DNA of 64,000 nt, taken from positions 124,001 to 188,000 of the forward strand of contig CBFFRQ010000020.1 of the NCBI GenBank assembly GCA_965644315.1, given 5' to 3'. Position 1 is the first letter of the stretch. Every line of letters starts with the position of its first letter. This document shows positions 52,856 to 61,335 of this stretch, piece after piece. Both the position numbers and the translations under genes were made by a program. This stretch comes from Caecitellus pseudoparvulus (taxonomy: Eukaryota > Protista > Bigyra: Bicosoecida). A model generated the notes under the pieces. That model was not told the DNA's origin and did not search any database. It saw nothing but the letters and a program-made list of their open reading frames with translations.

Positions 52856-55610
52856 ATGCCAGGTGAGTTTCGGCGTTCTACGCATGCGCAGCTGCGTTTC
52901 ATGTGGAAACATGCCCGTCAAACTTGCTTGCTCAGGGACGAAGCGGGGCAGGGCCGTCCGCGGGGACACGAACTCCAACAGCGACCAGCCTCGCGCCAAA
53001 GGAGCAGGCACCTCCGAGGATGAAGCCCGAAAGCAGCGCCGGTGAGTGAAAGGGTGCTGTCATTTTCCGCACTCCACGTGGATGGAACCGCGTCAGCTTG
53101 TTGCCTAGCGCAAGCTACGGATTCCGGCCGTTGAAGGGCACATATTTTCCCCTTATGCATGCCTGGTGGCTGTTTGTGGTGCAAGCGCGCGCTCGTACTG
53201 GGGCAGCGACGTGACCAATCGCCATTCCGCACAGTCCGTCACCTCGCTGTCCTCACCGTGCAGGCTGATGCGCAACCGGCAGAGCGCTGCCCTGCACCGT
53301 GAGCGCCAGAGAGCTCTCGTCGAGGGACTGTATGGGCGTGTCAACAATCTGCTGGCGGAGCGGGACACCCTTCGCCAGGAGTTGGCGCGCGTCGCAGCGG
53401 CTGGGGTGAAGGTTTCCCTGCCACCGCCAGCCATCTTGCCTCCCCTGGTTCCCGAAGTGGACCTTGCCAACGGCGTAGATCCTGATGGACTCGACAGTGC
53501 TAGCCATTTGACGCAGATACTGAAGTCCGGCGCGCGGGCGGCGAAGCAAGGAAAAGCCCCGCCGACTCTGACTGCCCCAGTGGCTGCTCCTGCAGGGCAG
53601 GGCCGGCGGCCTCCCGCCCACAGCGCGCCCTCTCCTCGCACCAGCGACCCCCTGCCCACGCCAGGCCAGACAGCCCCGAGGAGTGTCACTTCCGAAGGCG
53701 GCAGCGAGGCGAGTGATCCTCATGCCCGTGTCCGGCGAAGCGGTGGCTCCCCTGCTCAGACGCACACCTCCGCTGGCTCGTCCGATGAGGACGAGGCGAA
53801 GATCGGTACAGAGAGTGGTGAGCACCCGGCGGCTTTGGGAGCCGCCGTCACCGACAAGCAGCGAGCTGTGGCTGCCTTCGCAGCGGCCCTTGCCTCTCGC
53901 CCAGACGTGGTGTTTTCTTCTCAGTTCGCGACCCAGGATGCCATGGGCATCGACAGCGTGGACTACGAGAGTGGCAGTGACGACCCAGGTGCCATGGGAG
54001 ATGTGTTGCTCGAAGCGTGCCGCTCAGGTGGCTTGGTGGGTGCAGGGGGGCAAGACCTGCTGGATGTTGCGCTGCTGGGCGTCGGCTCTGACGCCGAGGA
54101 TGGTCTGGACGTCGACCTCACAGGCGGAGACGTGCACTCCAGTGGGGTTCCTTCCACGGTGCCCCGGGATGCTCAGTTCTCTGTGGATGCATCACACGTG
54201 CCTGGGGCAAGTGCCCCCATGTCTGCTGGGACCGCTCAGTCACACCCAAGTCACGCATTCCTGTCCACGCTGGCGTTCGTCGCCATGCTTGCTGTGCTGT
54301 CTGGACCAACTCTCCTGGCAGGCGTCCCAGACGCCGGCAGCGCTGTTGGCGCCCTGACAGGTGTGCCAGTTGGTGTCGCCTCAGCGGCTGCGTCCTTGGC
54401 AAGCAGTGTCATGTCAGCTCCAGCCTCTCTCCCGCTGTTGTCTGGCCTGCTGGCGTCTCTTCAGCACGCTGCCGCCACCCGTGACGCCATGACACCCCTT
54501 TCTGGCGCTTCCACAACCCTTACATCTCCGAGTTTGGAGTCTCATGCTCTTCAGCTGGAGCAGGCAGAGGCTGAGCTGGCCAAGGTCCACGCTCGCATGG
54601 CCCAGGGTGCCACCGATGCACCTCTGGATGCCGATGCTGCCGCCAGCTTGGTTCATTCAGCAGAGACAGCGGCGAAGGCAGCTGACAAGCATCATGATGC
54701 AACTACACCTACTCGCTCCGCAAGTGTTCTGCCCCCTCGAGGCGGAGCAAGGCGCCTGGCCACTGTGCATGAGCCTCTGCGCGAGCGAATGTCCCTTGGC
54801 GATGGCGAATCCGAACGAGTGCTGCATTTCATGCGCTTGCTCAGACCAGTGTTTAAGCCGGAGTCAGCTCACGGAACGCCTGTGAATGCGACACGGCAGG
54901 GAGGCTTGCGAGGGGGAAAGCAGCAGCACCACGTTGGAGGCATGTCTCACCCCATGTCTGTGGCAACTTGGCAGCAAGGCCGGGAGGAGTACGATAGCAG
55001 TGACACGGACGAATCTTTGCTCACCCAACTCCCGCTCCTGCAGGCACCCTCCGGCCTTCGTCCGGCCGCGGCGCCGCCCACATCAGGGGGCGACCGTGGC
55101 TTGGTACCATACGGATCTCCCGTCCCAAGCGGGCTTTTGCTGCCTGGTGCGGACGGCTCTGTCTCGCGACTGCACCTTTTCCGTGTGGGGCTCATGTTGG
55201 GCACGTTGCACGGCATCGACGCAGCGTCAGCCGCCGAGTGGGCTGGCGCTGCCCCCACATGGTCTCTCGTGGAGGCGTCAGCTGTGCAGCAGCTGGCAGT
55301 GCTTGCTGCTCCCATGTCCCGGGCTGACCAGACGACACTGGACACACATGCTTGGAAGGTCCTTGCTCGCGCAGCACTTCAGCTGCGCCGGCGCGTGGAC
55401 GACGCTCTCTCCCGCCTGGGAGAGGATCACGCTCCTTCGCATGCACAGGGGACCGGCTCAGGTGCAGAGGGGGGGGTGCTGATGGAGTTTGTCAAGCAGC
55501 AGCATGAGCAGCAGCACGGCGGCAGTGTGCAGCCCCCTACAAGCAGCGTGAATGCGAGTGCCAGCCTGGACCACGTCAAACAGGCCTTGGGCCACCTCCT
55601 TGCGTCTTGA
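52856..55610 (+). CDS. Membrane-tethered bZIP transcription factor (ATF6/bZIP28-like architecture)
   Basis: Spliced basic region EARKQR|RLMRNRQSAALHRERQR followed by zipper L..RVNNL..ERDTL. Central hydrophobic TM AFLSTLAFVAMLAVLSGPTLLAGV, then a long C-terminal domain containing RRL. Introns at 52863-52935 and 53042-53263. Confidence 0.8.
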
Positions 55611-55718
55611 TTCGCAGCGAAGGCTTTCTGTCCGTGTTTCGCAGACGCTCGCATCGTGCTGTTTGCGCCTTTGCCCCGTGCAGCAAATGCACACTTCTCA
55701 TGCACACAAGGCGCTGTC

Positions 55719-56713
55719 TTATGGATTGCCAAGGATGTCCTGCTTGCGCTTTGCAGCAGCGTCATGGATGCTCTCGGTCAGACTCTTGAACACAGCTTCT
55801 GCGCGCTCTGCCAACGCGTGAGCTTCATCCTCTGACACACCCTCTCCCTTGCCCCATCGCTTGATCTTGTCCAGAGCAGTGTGCCGCGCTTTGCGAAGCC
55901 TCACCTTGCTGGCCTCTTCCAGCTTGCCCAGTGCTTTGGCTGTCTCAGCCCTGCTTTCTTTTGTCGTCTTGGGCACAGGCACGGCCACATTGCTGCCATC
56001 CACTGAGGGGTTCAGGCCAAGATCCGCGTCGCGAATTGCCCTCTCGATGGTTCCCACAAGCTGTGCAGGCAAACAACACAGCGCCTTCGAGTGCACGCAG
56101 GCAATTCCCTCTTCAGGCTCACAAGGTACCTCAGGGCTGAAGGCATGGGCCGCATTGCACTCACGCTGGGGTCGAACGGGGCCACCACCAGTTTGCTGCC
56201 TTGGCGCAAGGCAACCTGGGCGACCTGGGGAAGCGGCACCAGCTCCCCGTATGCCTCCACCTGTACGTTGTCAAGCATGTCTGGCGAAGGGGCCGCTCCG
56301 CGCAGCTTGCCAGCTTCAGCAAGGAACCACTCCACAACCTTTTGGCCCTTCTCCTGCACCGTCTGCAGGTCGGGCGCATCGCCATCACCGTCAGGCCCCC
56401 CTGCACTCCCAGAACCACCAGCAGCAGCAATGGACGCCGCTGGCTTCATGGACCCCTTCCCTGCGCCGCGACAGGTGTACAGTATGCCCATGGAGGTGAG
56501 CGACGACCACGTGAAGGGCAGCGTTGCGTCAGCGTTTCACCAACCCTTCTTCTTCCCCATCAGCACGGGCACAGAGGGAGCCATGAATGACCGAGCACAT
56601 GCAAAAAGGAAACACGGACGAGCAGCACTGTCTCCAAGCATGACGAGGGCTGGATTGGCAGCGACGGAAGGCAAGGCCCTGGTACGTGACGCTCGCAATG
56701 CTCGGCACAACAT
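55719..56713 (-). CDS. MRRF: Mitochondrial ribosome recycling factor
   Basis: Presequence MLCRALRASRTRAL, then KLRGAAPSPDMLDNVQVEAYG..PLPQVAQV..PFDPS|LVGTIERAIRDADLGLNP..VPVPKTTKESR..KVRLRKAR. Introns at 56461-56544 and 56061-56164. Confidence 0.92.
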
Positions 56714-57002
56714 CTTGGCGAGAGGGTGCTTTGTGGCGGCGGGCAGCCGACTACGTTCGCCCAGCTGTCGAACGGAGGGAAGCAAATCGAATGGATTCAG
56801 GCGAGCAGTGTGGCGGCAATTAATGTGCAACACGTATGGCTGCGGTGCTCGAGGATGCCCCACCTGCCGTGCGTGGTGGCCAGCCTGTGGGCCAGAGTTC
56901 AGCAGCCTGTGCTCGACAAACTTGACGCGCGCTGGATGTCCCACTTTCTCTGACGCAGCCCTTCTCCCCTTCACCTCCCCAGGACAACAGTTTGAGCCAG
57001 AG

Positions 57003-57566
57003 ATGGAAAGCATCAAGCCGGTGCCTGTCCGGAAGCAGGTGCGGTGTTTGCCGAGCCGGTGCGAGGCGTGGTAGGGACGTCGGCAAAGCTCACTCATCTC
57101 ACTGTGCGCAGGGCATCCTGGGCAAGCTGGGAGGTGGTGCTGGCGGGCACAAGAACTGGAAGAACAGGTACTTCGTCTTGACTGACCACTTGGCGTACTA
57201 CACGGACCAGGCCACCTTTGCCAAGGACCCAACCAAAACGCTGGGTGTCATCTCCCTCAACTGCTTCTTCTGCAGCAAGATGGATGGGGCTGAAAGCAAC
57301 GACTTTCAAGTGAACGCGTACCCCAAGAGCCTTGTTCTGCGTGCGGCCAATGCCGACGAGCGCCAGGCGTGGATTGATTGCATCATGCAGCCCTTGGCAG
57401 ACATGATGAAGCCACCAGCTCAGGTGCGTCAACTTCCGCTCGACCCACGTTGCCGCCCTGCAAGCCGCACAAACGCACTAACCTGCCCTGCCCACAGCTG
57501 CGAGCAGAGCGCGAGGAAGCGGAGGAAGCCTCTCGCGCGGCAGCTGCGGGTTCTGCAGCCTCCTGA
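57003..57566 (+). CDS. Small PH-domain protein
   Basis: RKQ|GILGKLGGGAGGHKNWKNRYFVL..LAYY..LGVISL..LVLRAANADERQAWIDCI. Introns at 57039-57111 and 57424-57497; the second carries a CACTAAC branch site. Confidence 0.88.
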
Positions 57567-58058
57567 TTGTCATTCACGCAGTGTCTGTGTGGTGTGTTGC
57601 AGCACAAGGCTTTAGCTTTCAGTCCGTACTTGCCGCGATGCCCAAGTTGCCAAAGGCTCAGCAATGCATCCTTTTTCTGCGTTAGTGCCCATCCCACCTA
57701 TCACGCCTTCGCGTCTTGCTTGCTACGCCGCTGTTGATCTCGGCTGTGTGGACGCTCAGCCTGGCCCGGTCAAGCATGCAGATTGCACCCCAGCCTGGCA
57801 GAGGGGCACTTGACCGGACCGCATACAACCCCCCCCCAAAGTCAACGTGATGTTGGGTGTGGTTCATGCCTTATGGCGAGGCCCCCGGCTCTGATGCTTT
57901 TGGTGTGACGGCTGAGGAAGAGCTGCTGTAAGGTCCAGCAGCTGGGAGCAAGGCAGCTCTGCTTGGCTAGCCACCACTTCAGCAGTTCGCTAAATATGAG
58001 TGGTATAGGGAGACAGGCACACCAGCGGTCACGTTTGGGGGCAAGCGCTGGGCTCAGC

Positions 58059-58755
58059 ATGGCTGAGCGTGGTGTGTCTCGAGCGGAAATTGCTGCTGAA
58101 GCCATCCAAGTTCAGACTTAGCTCCCTCGCTGCTGCAACAAATGGGCAGCTTCACAGAGAGAAACTGACGAAGCAAAGGTCGAAAATCGTCGCCGGAAGC
58201 TTCAGCATGGCTTCAATACCGCTGGGTACCAGCGGTATACTCAAATAGTGCCCAGGTGAGACGCTGCAAAGAAGGCAGCGCGAGTCTTTGTCCAAGTCAT
58301 CTCTCCCTTGCCCGTCACTCAGGCATGCCAGGAAAGCAGACGACCCACAAACGCCGGACCCCACGTGGAAGTGGAGCACCAGGGGTTGGGCCTCGGCGGT
58401 GCGCAGCTGGCGCGTGCTTCTCCACAAGTACGATCCTCCAACCCAACCCGGCATGATCAGGGTTGAGGAAGACCTTGATGCATTCACAAGGGCGCGCCTG
58501 GAGGGAAAACCTTGCCCCTGGCAGGCCCAGGCCAAAGCCTTCCTTCAGCAGCAAGCTGAAAGCTCTGCAGGGGACAGCGGCCGGAGGGTGCCGGTGGAGC
58601 ACCCAGTCTACGGAGCCTCGCCGCCCACCACCCTGCTCGCCACCCACCGCTGCCTCAGACAAGTACCCTACCAGTCTCAGACGCCGCTGGCAGCAGGGGG
58701 CGCACCCGGGGAGGCACTTGCACCGTCACACCGGACGTCGGGCGGGGCCAGCTAA
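58059..58755 (+). CDS. SLBP: Histone mRNA stem-loop binding protein (RNA-binding domain)
   Basis: Joining across intron 58256-58322 gives ETDEAKVENRRRKLQHGFNTAGYQRYTQIVPR|HARKADDPQTPDPTWKWSTRGWASAVRSWRVLLHKYDPP, which is collinear with the SLBP RNA-binding domain. The 5' exon structure is uncertain because of an in-frame TAG at 58119. Confidence 0.85.
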
Positions 58756-59456
58756 ACAAGGCCAGGGTGCAGCAGCACATACTCACGAGTGCTGCAGCCA
58801 AACCGTAGCACATCTCCAGCCCTGAGTTCGACGTATCGAGCAGGAGCAACCTGCTCTCCATTTATCAGAGTGCCGTTGGCGCTTTCAAGGTCAAGTAGGT
58901 ATGGCTTGACAACATTGACTGCTGCGCCAGCGGCGCGGGGAACACGTCGGAACTGTAGCACAGCATGCTGCTTGGAACAGGACGGGTGGTCAATGCCAAC
59001 ATCACACACGGAACGGTCTCGACCAAATAGATATGCGGACTGCTTGTGTACGCGCAGCGGCTCGCCCAGCGCCGCTTCCCCCTTGAACACATGCAGCTGC
59101 CACTCCAAACCAGGTGTAGCAGCATCGCTCGGCTCGCTCCACTTGAGACGCACCCCCTTGAACACGTTTCCAGTTCTGCCATCATCGGCAAGCGCCCCAC
59201 TCAGTTCAAAGCTTGCTTTCTGTGACACCAAGCTGCGCACCGTGTCGTCCTCCGGCTGAGCCTCGGCCGAGGTGGGAATGCCAGCCGCAGTCTTGCCAGC
59301 CTCACGGCTTACGCGGACATCATTCTCAGATGAAACCCATCTGCACTGAGATGATGGTGCTGGTGGAGGGGCAGATGAAGTCGCACTGAACCTTAGTCGC
59401 GGAGGGCTGCGACTGCGCTCCCGCCTACGAGGCCTTGCCGCTCCAGACTCGGCCAT
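58752..59456 (-). CDS. SNIP1: FHA-domain RES-complex subunit (SNIP1/Pml1/DAWDLE)
   Basis: RS-rich N-terminus, FELSGALA, LKWSEP, WQLHVFKG, SAYLFGRD..DHPSCSKQHAVLQFR, KPYLLDLESANGT and FGCSTREYVLL. Confidence 0.92.
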   Translation of the reverse strand: MAESGAARPRRRERSRSPPRLRFSATSSAPPPAPSSQCRWVSSENDVRVSREAGKTAAGIPTSAEAQPEDDTVRSLVSQKASFELSGALADDGRTGNVFKGVRLKWSEPSDAATPGLEWQLHVFKGEAALGEPLRVHKQSAYLFGRDRSVCDVGIDHPSCSKQHAVLQFRRVPRAAGAAVNVVKPYLLDLESANGTLINGEQVAPARYVELRAGDVLRFGCSTREYVLLHPGLV

Positions 59457-59642
59457 GACAGTCCCCTTGAAACGCCCAGGAAACGGCAGCGACCAACGCG
59501 CAGCTCCACTCTGAATCTAATTCTTTAACCAAAACAAACCTCCGTGGCTGCGGCAGGATCTCCACGAGGGTGTGGTTTCGAGGTTTTGACTGCGTTGTGG
59601 CGTGGTCCACGACTTATGCCTGCTTGAGTTGGGAAGGAGCAA

Positions 59643-61246
59643 ATGGCCTCTGCCGGGGGCCTTGCCGACGAAGATGCGATTCAAATTGAGCTCGGCACCG
59701 TGGGCGTGCGAGACACCGCACAAGCTCAAGATTCGACAGCTGTGTTGAGTCCTGCGAGCGGATCAGACCCTTCGTCCGCCCAAGGCAGTGCTGCGAGTGC
59801 TGCGGAATTTGCTGAAGATGATGCAGGCGCAGGAGTGGCCCCTGGTTCGTCCAAGTGTGGAGCAGTCACAAACTTTGTGAACAGCATTATTGGAGCGGGA
59901 ATCATTGGACTCCCCTTTGCATTGCGAGAGGCTGGGCTAGTTGGGGGCCTGATTCTCATTCTGTTGGTCGGGCTGGCGACAGGTGTGTATGTTTGTGGGT
60001 GGCGCCTCTGGTGCGACGTCTGCGCGACGGAAGGCCTGCCAGCCGGATCGAATGCCCCATTGAAGCAGTGCATGCCCAGTATGCAAAGCACTCACTCCGC
60101 CTCGCACATTTTTCGCCCTGCCCTGCAGACTACAGCGTTCGCATTGTTGTGAAGAAGGCTGTGGCTGCCAACGCTCTCGACTATGAGAGAGTCGTACGAC
60201 AAGCAGTTGGAGTGCAGGGCTTCTATGTCATCGTCTTCGCAATGTTTGTCTTTGCGTTTGGTGCGCTGTTGACATATACAATCATTCTTGCGGATGATGT
60301 CTCCGTGGTCGTTTCTCACTGGTCTGGCCATGAGACTGTCGAGCCATGGACAAGAAGAGGGGTTGTACTGGGGGTGTCTGTGGCGTGCTTGCTCCCGCTG
60401 GGACTGGTGAAAAACATGAGTACCCTAGCCCGCACCTCGTCCCTTTCCCTCCTTGCTGTCGTGTGCGTTATCCTTGTAGTGGTCATCAGAGCCGGAACGG
60501 GAGTTCCGGACCCGCCCACGTTCCAAGGCAGCCCTCACGAGCTGGACGCCTTCGCACCAAGGTTCTTTCCAGCCCTGGGGGCTATTTGCTTTGCCTTCGT
60601 TTGTCACCACAGCAGCATGGTCGTTTTCAACTCCCTCCAACCGCGCCTGGCCAACTTGTCAACGTGGGCCTTCATTACTCATGCGTCTATTGCAGCGGCA
60701 GTCTGCTGCAGTGTCGTCCTTGCTGTGACAGGGTATGTTACGTTTGGAACAGCGACTCAAGCCAACTTGCTCAACAACTACTCTCTCTCTGATGAACTTG
60801 TGAACGTCACGCGAATCGTTTTTGCGTTGACCATGCTGTTGACGTACCCGATGGAGATGTTCGTCGCTCGGCACTGTATTGCTGCACTCTGGAAATCAGG
60901 CGAGCAATCAGCCCCTCGTCTGACTCACTGGCAGCACATCTCGGTGACTGTGGTTTTGTGGCTGATTGCCATGGGAATTGCTCTTGTGTTGGATGACTTG
61001 GGGCTCGTGCTTGAACTTGCAGGTGGAACGTCTGCAACCATCCTGGGGTTCGTCATGCCTGCACTGCTTGTGCTTCGGACCACCAAACACAATCTACAAT
61101 TGTGGAAGAATGATTCGAGCTCTGTATGTGCCGCCGCCCAAGAGCTAGTCCCAGCATTTGCTCTGCTGCTCTTTGGATGCGTCGCATTCGTTGTGTCGAC
61201 AACGGAAACGATTCGCTCGGCCGTTGTGTCGGGAGGGTCGCATTAG
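59643..61246 (+). CDS. Amino acid transporter (Aa_trans; SLC38A11/AVT-like)
   Basis: Motifs NFVNSIIGAGIIGLPFA, FAFVCHH, GYVTFG..NLLNNY and TYPMEMFVAR, with about 11 TM segments. Intron at 59983-60128. Confidence 0.92.
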
Positions 61247-61335
61247 CAGCGTGGACAGTACTTGGAGGTGAAGGCAAGAATGGTGAATGACATGAATGCA
61301 TTCTTTCTTGCTTGTGTTTGCACGCCCTGCAAGAG

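Noticed and set aside
54210-54310. IRE1/bZIP60-type unconventional intron before the bZIP TM
   Set aside because: CTGCTG-like words are present but no convincing twin stem-loops. The long lumenal domain fits the ATF6 type better.
57650-57659. CCAAAGGCTC matching the 5' side of the histone stem-loop near SLBP
   Set aside because: The TTTT loop and complementary GAGCC arm are missing; a chance match.
878-60128. Recurrent GTGCGT intron donors suggesting Introner elements
   Set aside because: Intron bodies share no visible similarity beyond the splice signals.
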